Part shown: positions 47,210 to 56,609 of the stretch, in pieces
Layout: each line of letters opens with the position of its first letter
How positions within the stretch are numbered: position 1 is the first letter of the stretch
NCBI GenBank assembly: GCA_946611235.1
Contig: CAMODE010000028.1
Location: 601-64,600, forward strand
DNA length: 64,000 nucleotides
Source: an uncultured Bacillales bacterium
GTDB lineage: Bacteria; Bacillota_I; Bacilli_A; RF39; UBA660
Direction: 5' to 3'
Translations under genes and position numbers: made by a program
Notes under the pieces: generated by a model
Database searches by the model: none
What the model saw: the letters and a program-made list of their open reading frames with translations, nothing else
What the model was told of the DNA's origin: nothing

Positions 47210-49120
47210 TTATTTTTTATTCTTTCCATATTTAGAGTTAGCTTTGGCCTCTTCGTAATCTTTATTTCTACTTCCACTGACATTTTTAATATTGTTAGTC
47301 TCTGCCTTGGTTGATTTCTTATTTTTATCAAACTCAACTGCACTAAACCTAACATCATTTTTCCCATAGCCTGCATATCCTTTCTTAACAGCATCAGATC
47401 TAATTTTTTCAGCATCATTTAAGGCAACAGCTAAGGCTTTATTTGCGTCGGCAGCCCCTGTCCTAATTTTATTCATTTCATCCTGTAATCCAATTGCTTT
47501 AGCACTCTTAATACTTGCATCAGCAGCCTGAATTTCTGCAGCAGTAACAGCAGGCCCACCACTACGTTCTCTTTCAAACAAAGCTTCCTTATACAATAAA
47601 GCTGATTGAACATTAGCATTCTTTTCAACTTCTTTTTCAACTATTTCAACCACTGAATTATATTGACTATATGATTCCAATTCTCTCTCATAATCGTCAA
47701 CAGTTCTCTGTGCAGATAAAGGAGCCATTCTTCCAAAGAAAGTTGAAGCATCGTGATGCCTTTGATATGCTCTTTGATTAGCGGCTCTTACATTATTAAG
47801 ACCACTACCAACATTTTTTATAACATTACCTTTAGTTTTTGCGCTTCCAAATGCTCCTCTAAGAGCTCCACCAAAGAAAGCAGGAATTTTACTTAATCCT
47901 TCACCATTTCTAAATCCTGAAAACGCCCCAGCAATTCCACCAGCAGCAAATCCAGCTCCCATCGTTGCAAGTCCCTTACCAGGTATTTCATCAAGCAATT
48001 TCTTAGGGCTCTTAATTCCAAGATCAAACTTACCACCACCAGGGAAGATATCTTTTAGAAGTTCGGGAACTCTCTTTGCAAACATTAATAATCCAATTAT
48101 CAAAAATACTTTTACCCAAGTAGAATCACTATTATTACGTAAGTAACCAATACCATTATCAACCTGATTTAGTATGTCTTTAGAAAAGAAAATAACAAAA
48201 TATATAATCATAAGCCTAATAAATAAATCAATAAAAGTAGTACCACATTGTTGTATCCATTTCTTAAACGAGCCTTCGGGATCAGATACATATGAAAGTA
48301 TAGGAATAGGAGCAATTAATTGAAGAAAAGCTAATTTAAATACCCTAATACCTATTTGAATACAAAATGAAAGAAGAATCCATGCAATAACAATTCCGAC
48401 TATACAAGAACCTAAAAAATCAAATTCAATATAATAATCACCATAAGCATCCGTAAGAGCTAAATAATATGGTGTAGAAGAAAAGCTCTCGTTTCTACTG
48501 ACATCATCAACAATTGAATCAAAATTATTTGCTTTAATATATGTTCCTGTATCAACAGTACCATCAGTAGAAGTCTGTATTGATGAAGACATTGTTATAC
48601 CGCCATTATATTTGGGTGATCTTTCATCAGAATAAAATTCAAAAAAGATGTTTTTAGCCAATTCAGTTCCAAAATTTTCTTTATTAGATATATTTTGGCC
48701 AACTATTAATTTATAAACTATGTTATCTGAGTTGTTAGACCCAATCAATAAATTTTGTAGTCTAAAAGCTTCCTTAAAGATTGTTGGAGTTATTCCGAGC
48801 AAAACAATAGAAATAATTATTCTTAAAATAATGTTTCCAACACCATTTTTTTTATCATTTAATTTTTCTGGGCTTATTAAAGATTGAACTAATACAAAAG
48901 ATAGTTTAAAAACCATAAATAAGCCTAATATTAAACCTGCTTTAGTATATACTTGATTAGCAAAAGATGAATCAAGAAAATCAGCTCTAGCTAAAATTTC
49001 AAAAATATTATAAATAGAAATAATAAAGTTATATATAGTGGAGGCAATTAACCCTCCAAAAGATCTAATCGCTTGAGTAATGGAAACTCCAATATCAAAA
49101 ATAGATGCAAGAAAATACAT
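47210..49120 (-). CDS. VirB6/PrgH/TrbL-like polytopic membrane protein with hydrophilic C-terminal extension
   Basis: At least 6 TM segments over ~400 aa. Gly-rich segment, then a ~190-aa charged or coiled-coil tail. Position matches prgH. Confidence 0.65.
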   Translation of the reverse strand: MYFLASIFDIGVSITQAIRSFGGLIASTIYNFIISIYNIFEILARADFLDSSFANQVYTKAGLILGLFMVFKLSFVLVQSLISPEKLNDKKNGVGNIILRIIISIVLLGITPTIFKEAFRLQNLLIGSNNSDNIVYKLIVGQNISNKENFGTELAKNIFFEFYSDERSPKYNGGITMSSSIQTSTDGTVDTGTYIKANNFDSIVDDVSRNESFSSTPYYLALTDAYGDYYIEFDFLGSCIVGIVIAWILLSFCIQIGIRVFKLAFLQLIAPIPILSYVSDPEGSFKKWIQQCGTTFIDLFIRLMIIYFVIFFSKDILNQVDNGIGYLRNNSDSTWVKVFLIIGLLMFAKRVPELLKDIFPGGGKFDLGIKSPKKLLDEIPGKGLATMGAGFAAGGIAGAFSGFRNGEGLSKIPAFFGGALRGAFGSAKTKGNVIKNVGSGLNNVRAANQRAYQRHHDASTFFGRMAPLSAQRTVDDYERELESYSQYNSVVEIVEKEVEKNANVQSALLYKEALFERERSGGPAVTAAEIQAADASIKSAKAIGLQDEMNKIRTGAADANKALAVALNDAEKIRSDAVKKGYAGYGKNDVRFSAVEFDKNKKSTKAETNNIKNVSGSRNKDYEEAKANSKYGKNKK

Positions 49121-49137
49121 TTATTTCACCTCCAAAC

Positions 49138-50835
49138 TTAAAATAATCCACATGCCCCAGGATAAATATTACTCCATACAGCATTTGCAATTGTTAATAT
49201 TAATTTAACAAACAAAGGAACTAAAAACAAAATTACTACAACCACAATTCTTTTTATAAATTTTGTTTGAGCCTCCTTCATATTTTTCTCATCACCAGAA
49301 AAAACAGCTTTACTAAAATCAATAATCCCGAAAGCTATAAGAGCCAAAGAAACAATTATTTTCAGGATATTATAATAATAGCCTATTCTTTCTTTAAGTT
49401 TATCATTAATTAAATCATCACAATCAATCGCAATAAAAATATCCCTTTGGGCGCCTAAATCTGTCATATTCCTTTTTAACTCAGGAAGTTCATTTTCAAT
49501 TATATCTTTACTTAAATCAGTAGATGAAGAATATTTATTAAAATAAGCTATTGCATTCAAAAACTTTTTTGTATACTCATCAAGAATAGAAATATTACCT
49601 AAATCAAGAATAGTAACATCATCAGAGTATCCATTTCTTTTATTCAAATATTCCCTAATATCATCATAAAGAGCACTGTTTAAGCTAGGTATATTTAAAC
49701 ATTTAAACTCTTTATTGCTTTCACAATAATCCTCTATTTTTGCATAACCTATAGTATTTAACATAGAATATTGCAATGCAGATTCAACAGCATCAGATAA
49801 ATACTGAGTATTACCACCAGAATAATTCTTATATTTTATAGGATTATCATAAATATTTTTTAAATACGAATAAGATAATTTTAATTTTTCATACATTTGC
49901 CTTGACGAAAAACCATCATTAAAATTATAATCACCATTATTCTCATATGCCTTAATCATATTATCGACAGCAGAAATATAGGATTTATCATTAACTAAAG
50001 TCAAAAGTCCACTATAATCATCGTTATCTGATAATGTTACGTTTTTACTAACCCACTCCTCAATTTTATTATTAAGATTGTTCTTATTTTTATCACTATC
50101 AAATAAAATTTCGTAATCATTACAATTAGCTTCCTCTTCACATACGGAATGTACATAAGTCATATCAAAATTCTGAGCAACCTTCCAATATTCACGATTA
50201 AAATCACATATTGATTTTAATTCACTTCTTTTATCACTATTAACACATTCATCATTAGTATGGCCATTACTTTTAATATTAACTCCATAAATAATTTTTT
50301 TTTGATATTCATCATCAAAATTCATATTATTAATATGACTATATATACCATTTACACTATTATAACTTTCCGAAAATATCATTCCATCCTTTTTCTTTAA
50401 AAAAACATATTCATTATTTTCTAAAGTATTGGAATAAATTGATTGCCCTAATTGACCTGCAAAAACAACATCATCGGTTCCTTCCCATGCACGTCTCATT
50501 TTTTGAGGGCACAATTTAGAATTCATATTATATAGTTTATCAGTTCCGTTTTCTCCCACAGAACATGAATCAGATATTTTATTGGCATCGTTTATCCAAC
50601 AATCATCTTTATCACCCAAAATAAATTCAAAACGGTCATAACCACTACCAGGGCCATTTTGTTTAATGTACCCTATTTGAAACTTTACATTTCCTTCACC
50701 TTCTGTAATCATAGCAAGGAAATTAGAAAAGTCATCATCACATTCTATATACATAACCTGTTCACCCAAAACTCTACCACTATATATAAATAAACTAACT
50801 ATTAATGTAAGTAATAATCCTAGTTTTTTCTTCAT
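49138..50835 (-). CDS. secreted Cys/Asn-rich protein with C-terminal two-TM pilin-like module
   Basis: Signal peptide (KKKLGLLLTLIVSLFIYSG). The C-terminal IAFGIIDFSKAVFSGDEKNMKEAQTKFIKRIVVVVILFLVPLFV is homologous to the two small paralogs downstream. Confidence 0.6.
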   Translation of the reverse strand: MKKKLGLLLTLIVSLFIYSGRVLGEQVMYIECDDDFSNFLAMITEGEGNVKFQIGYIKQNGPGSGYDRFEFILGDKDDCWINDANKISDSCSVGENGTDKLYNMNSKLCPQKMRRAWEGTDDVVFAGQLGQSIYSNTLENNEYVFLKKKDGMIFSESYNSVNGIYSHINNMNFDDEYQKKIIYGVNIKSNGHTNDECVNSDKRSELKSICDFNREYWKVAQNFDMTYVHSVCEEEANCNDYEILFDSDKNKNNLNNKIEEWVSKNVTLSDNDDYSGLLTLVNDKSYISAVDNMIKAYENNGDYNFNDGFSSRQMYEKLKLSYSYLKNIYDNPIKYKNYSGGNTQYLSDAVESALQYSMLNTIGYAKIEDYCESNKEFKCLNIPSLNSALYDDIREYLNKRNGYSDDVTILDLGNISILDEYTKKFLNAIAYFNKYSSSTDLSKDIIENELPELKRNMTDLGAQRDIFIAIDCDDLINDKLKERIGYYYNILKIIVSLALIAFGIIDFSKAVFSGDEKNMKEAQTKFIKRIVVVVILFLVPLFVKLILTIANAVWSNIYPGACGLF

Positions 50836-50934
50836 AATAAACACCCATCCCTTTTTTAAGTAATTTATATCAGTATCATTATATCACACAATAAAAAAAA
50901 AAGAAATTACTATTTAATAATTTCTTATTATTAT

Positions 50935-51339
50935 TTATTTATTTTTACAAAAATCAGAATCCATACTTACAGTCTTTCTAATATTACACTTCCAGCACTG
51001 TTTCCAACTTGACTCTTCATAGTTAAAATCAGTACCAGTTGCAACATCAGAAATAGTTTCTAATACAAAAGTAACAATCCACACTACAGCAAATACTCCT
51101 ACTGCGTATAAGAATCTCTTACCAAGTAATTTAGTGGCCTTTTTAACTTCATCTTCTTTACTAGCAATAACTGCTTTTCCTAAATCAATCATACCAAATA
51201 TAATTAATAATATAGGAACACCTATCATTATCACATTAACAATAATACCAACTAAATTCCACACAGGTTGTAATTTGTTAATATACGATCCGCCATCATC
51301 TAAAACATAACCACAAATATTTGCTAAAACATTAATCAT
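50935..51339 (-). CDS. two-TM pilin-like (VirB2/TrbC-like) membrane protein, paralog 2
   Basis: VPILLIIFGMIDLGKAVIASKEDEVKKATKLLGKRFLYAVGVFAVVWIV. Start at the ATG after GAGGAGGAG. Confidence 0.45.
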   Translation of the reverse strand: MINVLANICGYVLDDGGSYINKLQPVWNLVGIIVNVIMIGVPILLIIFGMIDLGKAVIASKEDEVKKATKLLGKRFLYAVGVFAVVWIVTFVLETISDVATGTDFNYEESSWKQCWKCNIRKTVSMDSDFCKNK

Positions 51340-51423
51340 ATCTATACTCCTCCTCTTCAATATAATTATATATTACACTAAAATAATTAAAATGTCAAAT
51401 ATAGGTTAACAATATTTTACATT

Positions 51424-51846
51424 TTATTGTATTTCATCAGTTCTTCCTTGATTTCTATCAGTCTTATTTGGATTACTATTAGTAGTCTTTTCCTCTACCT
51501 CATCCCCATTAATTAAAGCCCAGCATTTCTTCCAAGAAGACTCATCATACTTATAACTATCATTATCCTTACCAATAGTACCCGCAGCTAAATCTAATAC
51601 TAAAGTAACAATCCATACTGTAGCAAATACCCCTACTGCATATAAAAATCTCTTACCTAAAAGTTTAGTAGCTTTCTTAACCTCATCTTCTTTATTAGCA
51701 ATAACAGCTTTAGTTAAATCAATCATACCAAATAATATAAGTACTATAGGTACACCAATTCTAATAATATTAACAACTAATCCTACTATATTCCATACAG
51801 GAGCATAGTCTTTAGTACATATATCAACTGCTGCCATAATTTGCAT
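51424..51846 (-). CDS. two-TM pilin-like (VirB2/TrbC-like) membrane protein, paralog 1
   Basis: VPIVLILFGMIDLTKAVIANKEDEVKKATKLLGKRFLYAVGVFATVWIV. Start at the ATG after AAGGAG. Confidence 0.45.
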   Translation of the reverse strand: MQIMAAVDICTKDYAPVWNIVGLVVNIIRIGVPIVLILFGMIDLTKAVIANKEDEVKKATKLLGKRFLYAVGVFATVWIVTLVLDLAAGTIGKDNDSYKYDESSWKKCWALINGDEVEEKTTNSNPNKTDRNQGRTDEIQ

Positions 51847-51904
51847 ACAAATCAACTCCTTAAATACATTAATATTTTATCACAAAAATAAATATTTACC
51901 AATA

Positions 51905-52915
51905 CTATTTTTTAAAAATATCAAATATACTCTTCTTTTTAGTACTATTATCTTCTTCTATATCATTACTTTCTTTAATTAACCCTAATTTAATAAGTAA
52001 TGGAATAAATATATTACTATTATCTTCTTTATCATTAACAGAACCAATATTATAAAATACTTTCAAATTAGATTCAACTTCAAAATTAGCAATATCTTTA
52101 TCATTAAGTAATAATTTATTAAGTATAACTTTTTTATCTCTTAATTCACTAAGAATACCAGGATTAATACTAACTAACTTATTTAACTTAATAATCGAAG
52201 GTTCTATTAAATACAATACCTCAGTACATAAATAATCTTTCTTAGATTTATTTAAATCAACAATAAATAAATCTACCCCATCATATTTATTAATAGTACT
52301 ATCTAATTGATCTTCTTTAATAGATAAAGCCTCTTTATCATTAAAGAAAGTAAAATCCCTTTTATCAATTTCAATTAACATCGTACTATAATAACCTTCT
52401 AATATATTTTTAATTAAATAACAAAAAGTAGTAGCCCCAGCATTATCTGTAATATTCTTTATACCAAGAATTATCTTTTTCTTCTTTTCATTACCAGTAG
52501 TAGTCTGCGAGAAAGAAGCATCATTATTATTATCAACTTCTTGATAATGAGCGACATCACGATATATATTAGGATTATTATATAAATACATTAAAGCACC
52601 ACTATCAGCAGTAAAATTATAAATACCCATACTAACAAGTTTAGATAAAAATATATCTGATTTACTAATAGCATCATCTTTATCTAAAAGTAAAATAATC
52701 TTACTCATATCTAAACTCATTGATAATTTTTTTAAATTAGAAATATCTTTATAATCCTTAATCGAAGTAATATCTAAAAACATTCTATTAAAGAAGAAAT
52801 TACCAAAAGTATTAATAATCTCATCTACAGTATATTCTCCCTCTAGCTTCTTAGAAACCTCAATATCCAAATTATTAAAAACATCTAAATACTTATTACC
52901 AATAACAGTATCCAT
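51905..52915 (-). CDS. TadZ/CpaE-like protein (receiver-like N-domain plus ParA/MinD-like domain with degenerate Walker A)
   Basis: KIILLLDKDD...MGIYNF N-domain. IILGIKNITDNAGATTF occupies the place of the (K)GGxGKT(T) motif, and DLFIVDL is Walker-B-like. Confidence 0.4.
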   Translation of the reverse strand: MDTVIGNKYLDVFNNLDIEVSKKLEGEYTVDEIINTFGNFFFNRMFLDITSIKDYKDISNLKKLSMSLDMSKIILLLDKDDAISKSDIFLSKLVSMGIYNFTADSGALMYLYNNPNIYRDVAHYQEVDNNNDASFSQTTTGNEKKKKIILGIKNITDNAGATTFCYLIKNILEGYYSTMLIEIDKRDFTFFNDKEALSIKEDQLDSTINKYDGVDLFIVDLNKSKKDYLCTEVLYLIEPSIIKLNKLVSINPGILSELRDKKVILNKLLLNDKDIANFEVESNLKVFYNIGSVNDKEDNSNIFIPLLIKLGLIKESNDIEEDNSTKKKSIFDIFKK

Positions 52916-52917
52916 AA

Positions 52918-53355
52918 TTATCTATTGATCCTTTCTATAACCCTAGTTTCTCCTCTTATCGGAATAGTAATATTAAAATCAATGAAAGGAATACTAAGTT
53001 GTACAAAAGTAACAACTCTGTAATATTCTCTATCATCACCCATTTTAGATATACAATATCCCCTATCAAAACAAGTATAATCATTATATTTATCTAAATA
53101 ACTATTAGATAAAGTAACATAATAATTATAATCCTTAAGCCTATCCTCTATCTTAGTTATCGTATCACCTGATTTATTAATATCATTAAGCTCATCATCA
53201 GTCATTCCTTCATTCTGCTCTATAATATCAATAACACTATTCTTTACTCTAAAAGCTTTAGCATAATTTAAAGCTACCGCTACAAAAGTAATATATACTG
53301 CTAAAAATATAAGTAATACATATATCATAAATGTTCCACCAACTGCTTCTTTCAT
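52918..53355 (-). CDS. TadE-like pseudopilin
   Basis: Short leader MKEAVGG followed by a hydrophobic helix TFMIYVLLIFLAVYITFVAVALNY. 145 aa. Confidence 0.5.
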   Translation of the reverse strand: MKEAVGGTFMIYVLLIFLAVYITFVAVALNYAKAFRVKNSVIDIIEQNEGMTDDELNDINKSGDTITKIEDRLKDYNYYVTLSNSYLDKYNDYTCFDRGYCISKMGDDREYYRVVTFVQLSIPFIDFNITIPIRGETRVIERINR

Positions 53356-53365
53356 CTCTCATCAC

Positions 53366-53542
53366 CTACTTTAAAATAATAGTTTGTGTATCAATACCTG
53401 TTTGCTGTTCAAATGTATTTTGAATCCATTTTCTACCAATAGAATTTTCTCCTCCAAATAACCATACACCAATAGCAAGTACTAATCCAAGTAATACTAT
53501 AGTAATAACAGTACCTGATACCTCTCCTGCTGCTTCTTTCAT
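53366..53542 (-). CDS. Flp-type pilin-like peptide (58 aa), not in the ORF track
   Basis: Own translation: MKEAAGEVSGTVITIVLLGLVLAIGVWLFGGENSIGRKWIQNTFEQQTGIDTQTIILK. SD GAAGGTGA upstream. Leader shared with the TadE-like protein. Confidence 0.55.
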   Translation of the reverse strand: MKEAAGEVSGTVITIVLLGLVLAIGVWLFGGENSIGRKWIQNTFEQQTGIDTQTIILK

Positions 53543-53599
53543 TATTTCACCTTCTTTCTAAATACATTATTTTCTATCTTTCTAATATATTTCAAATTT

Positions 53600-54385
53600 T
53601 TATATTGAAATTAACATAAAAATTGAAATCAATAATAATAACAAAGAACCTCCACCAGTAACAACCATCATTGTCATAGTTCTTCTTTCCATAGAATCAA
53701 GTCTAGACTTATATTTCATCTCTCTAGCTTTACTTTGTAAAGATGAAACACTTTTACTAAAAGAAGTAAGTTGTTCATGTTTCTTCTCCTGTTCACCAAG
53801 ACCTAATCTATATAATAATCTCATCATTCTCATTGAATCTCTAACTGGATATTCTTTAGCAAAATCCATATAAGGATCAATTGAAGAATCACCTTTTTCA
53901 ATCTTTTCTACAAGTCTTCTAAGACCTGGTCTAAATACTTCAGGAGCATCATCAATACTTCTAGCAAGTGCTACCGGAACAGTATAATGATGAATAAGTA
54001 CTTCTAAAGTTTTTAAATAATAAGGAAGTAAAGAATCAATATAATTAAGATGAGTCTTATACCATTTCCTTAAACTTAAATATGGCATCTTATAAGTAAT
54101 ATATCCAAGAACTAAAGCCATAATAATACCTAAGTAACTCAATTGAGTCAAAAACACAAATACTAATGCTACTGATACTAGTATACCATTTTTTATTCTT
54201 TTCATAAATACTTCATTAGGATTATATACCCTATCACCATACTTAGCAATAAGTAAAAAGTCATAATCTTTTTCTTTCAATAAATTACATAATTTATTAT
54301 TCGTAGAAATATCTCCACTAACAATATTATTAACAGATAAAACATATATCGCAATAATAAATACTAATAACATTTCAATATACAT
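53600..54385 (-). CDS. tadC: TadC-like platform protein (GspF/T2SSF fold)
   Basis: N-terminal TM, paired central TMs, and a cytoplasmic helical domain ...ALARSIDDAPEVFRPGLRRLVEKIEKGDSSIDPYMDFAKEYPVRDSMRMM.... C-terminal TM. Confidence 0.65.
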   Translation of the reverse strand: MYIEMLLVFIIAIYVLSVNNIVSGDISTNNKLCNLLKEKDYDFLLIAKYGDRVYNPNEVFMKRIKNGILVSVALVFVFLTQLSYLGIIMALVLGYITYKMPYLSLRKWYKTHLNYIDSLLPYYLKTLEVLIHHYTVPVALARSIDDAPEVFRPGLRRLVEKIEKGDSSIDPYMDFAKEYPVRDSMRMMRLLYRLGLGEQEKKHEQLTSFSKSVSSLQSKAREMKYKSRLDSMERRTMTMMVVTGGGSLLLLLISIFMLISI

Positions 54386-55278
54386 TATTCAGCACCTACA
54401 TTCTCGTTATAATATTTTTCTCCTGCTAGAAGAAAATAACTATTAATAATAACCACTAAATGAACAAATATCCTAATAATTAAATTATCAACCATATTAA
54501 TATAAGTTTCTTGTCCAATTAATATTTGAATAAGAGCAATCATACCATATAAAGCCACACCAAAAGTAACAAATTGTCTATGAAAATTAGCCCTATCCGT
54601 TCTATCTCTGTATACACCTTCTACTAATACATCAATATCTGTAAGCATATTTTCAAAAGTACCTTGGGTATCCTTGGCCCCCTCTTTAGTAACCTGTAAA
54701 AACAATTGATGCATATTTTTTACCATATAATAAGGATATTTAGTATCCATATACTTAATAGAATCACTAATATCACCTTTTTCATATGATAAAGCAATCA
54801 TCATCTTAACATCACTAAGTAAAGGTTCCTCTAATATACCAGATTCAACTACTCCTTCTAAACTCTTAACAAAAGCTTGTGTCGTATTAAATTCCATAAT
54901 CGTATTAGTACAATAAACCTGTACCTGTTCAAATATATATTCACTATATTGTCTTTTACATCTTAAATAAGTAACATAAGGAATAAAAGAAATAGCAATA
55001 ACAATATATACAACCGAAATAATAATATTATAAAAATATAAATAACTAATACCACCAGCAAGTCCAGCAAAGATAAGTACCTGAAATAAATATTGTCTTG
55101 GACTATATTCAAGTCCTAATTCTTTAACCTTTTCTCTCATCATTTTAAAAGAATAAGGCTCTATTTTCTTATAAGTAGATATAGCCTGCTGCGAAATAAA
55201 CTTATATACAGACTCTCCTCTCTTTGTACGATAAGAAACAATAAATAAAATAATTAAACCTATTAATAAAATTTCCAT
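54385..55278 (-). CDS. tadB: TadB-like platform protein (GspF/T2SSF fold)
   Basis: Same topology as its neighbour. Overlaps it by 1 nt. Confidence 0.6.
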   Translation of the reverse strand: MEILLIGLIILFIVSYRTKRGESVYKFISQQAISTYKKIEPYSFKMMREKVKELGLEYSPRQYLFQVLIFAGLAGGISYLYFYNIIISVVYIVIAISFIPYVTYLRCKRQYSEYIFEQVQVYCTNTIMEFNTTQAFVKSLEGVVESGILEEPLLSDVKMMIALSYEKGDISDSIKYMDTKYPYYMVKNMHQLFLQVTKEGAKDTQGTFENMLTDIDVLVEGVYRDRTDRANFHRQFVTFGVALYGMIALIQILIGQETYINMVDNLIIRIFVHLVVIINSYFLLAGEKYYNENVGAE

Positions 55279-55291
55279 TACTTATCACCTC

Positions 55292-56599
55292 TTATCCATT
55301 AATACCAGTAACATTAACCATCTGAGGAGCATTAACATAATTATTAGGTATACTACTATTATTATTAACACCTTGTATAGCATTCTGATTATTATTATCC
55401 ACATTCATTGTTGATAAAGGCTGATTATTATTTGCTATATTAACAGTTCCTGTTGACGTACCATAATTATCTTGCATATAATTACTATTATCAACAACAA
55501 AACTATCGCTCGAAGCATCCCTAAATTCTTCTTTAACAAGAATATCACTAGGAATAATAACACCTTGGGTTTCTAAATAATCAATTAAATGCTTCGAAGG
55601 ATTTAAAATAGTCTCTTTACCATCCGGAGTCTTCTTATATAAAGTTCTCGATTTAGGATTATTATTTTCATCAACATAAAATTCAACAACTTCCGATACC
55701 TCTCTATGAAAAGCATTATACTTAGTACTAAAATAACCCTTAATATGAACACCAATTTGAACATATCTATGAATAGTAGCTAAAAATTGATTAACATCTT
55801 GATTAGTCTCCAATAAACTATACATTCTATTAGGAATAGACTCAGCCTTATCAGCATGAATAGTAGATAAAATATTATGACCAGAAGAAATTGAATTACG
55901 AACAGCCATAACAGCTTCCGCACTTCTAACCTCAGATAAAAGTATCCATCTAGGATTCTGCCTCATACAAGCTACTAATATATCTGAGTATGAAGCAATA
56001 TTATTCGTTTTCATAGCAACAATATCCCTATAAGGAAATATTTTATCCAAATGTAATTCCAAAGTATCTTCAATTGTAATGAGTTTTTCATTATCTTTCG
56101 TATGCGCAGCCAAATACTTAATAAACTCCGTCTTACCAGAACCAGTTTCACCACTAACAATAATATTACAATGACCTTCTACACATTTTAGTAAAAAATC
56201 ATGAATATTAAGTCTAATATAATCTTCTTTTATTATCTTTTCTTTCTCTAGTCTAATCTTAGCAGGAGTCTTTCTAATTAATACAGCTATACCATTCTTA
56301 GCAATCGAATCATGTAAAAAATTCATTCTTAATTCAGTAGACTCAGCATCCAACATCGGATTAGCCATATTAAAAGATTTACCCATTGAATTAGCACACT
56401 GAAAAGCAATCTTTTCCATTAGAGCATTATCAATACCAGTATTTTCTACTCTAAAAACACCTTTAGATAAAGTTTTAAGCCATACTTGTCCACCATTATC
56501 ATAAGATATATCCGTAATATCATCATTATCTAAAAACTGTTTTAAAGGGCCAAAATCAATTTGACTAAATTGTTCATCCACTATATACCCTCCCTTCAA
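55292..56599 (-). CDS. cpaF: CpaF/TadA-type secretion ATPase (VirB11 superfamily)
   Basis: Walker A GETGSGKT, ITIEDTLEL, RQNPRWILLSEVRSAEA, STIHADKAES. Asn-rich C-terminal tail. Confidence 0.85.
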   Translation of the reverse strand: MKGGYIVDEQFSQIDFGPLKQFLDNDDITDISYDNGGQVWLKTLSKGVFRVENTGIDNALMEKIAFQCANSMGKSFNMANPMLDAESTELRMNFLHDSIAKNGIAVLIRKTPAKIRLEKEKIIKEDYIRLNIHDFLLKCVEGHCNIIVSGETGSGKTEFIKYLAAHTKDNEKLITIEDTLELHLDKIFPYRDIVAMKTNNIASYSDILVACMRQNPRWILLSEVRSAEAVMAVRNSISSGHNILSTIHADKAESIPNRMYSLLETNQDVNQFLATIHRYVQIGVHIKGYFSTKYNAFHREVSEVVEFYVDENNNPKSRTLYKKTPDGKETILNPSKHLIDYLETQGVIIPSDILVKEEFRDASSDSFVVDNSNYMQDNYGTSTGTVNIANNNQPLSTMNVDNNNQNAIQGVNNNSSIPNNYVNAPQMVNVTGING

Positions 56600-56609
56600 A
56601 ATAATTTAA

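Noticed and set aside
47164-47418. 84-aa minus-strand ORF overlapping the 3' end of the VirB6-like gene.
   Set aside because: It is in an alternate frame of a longer, coherent ORF and has no independent support.
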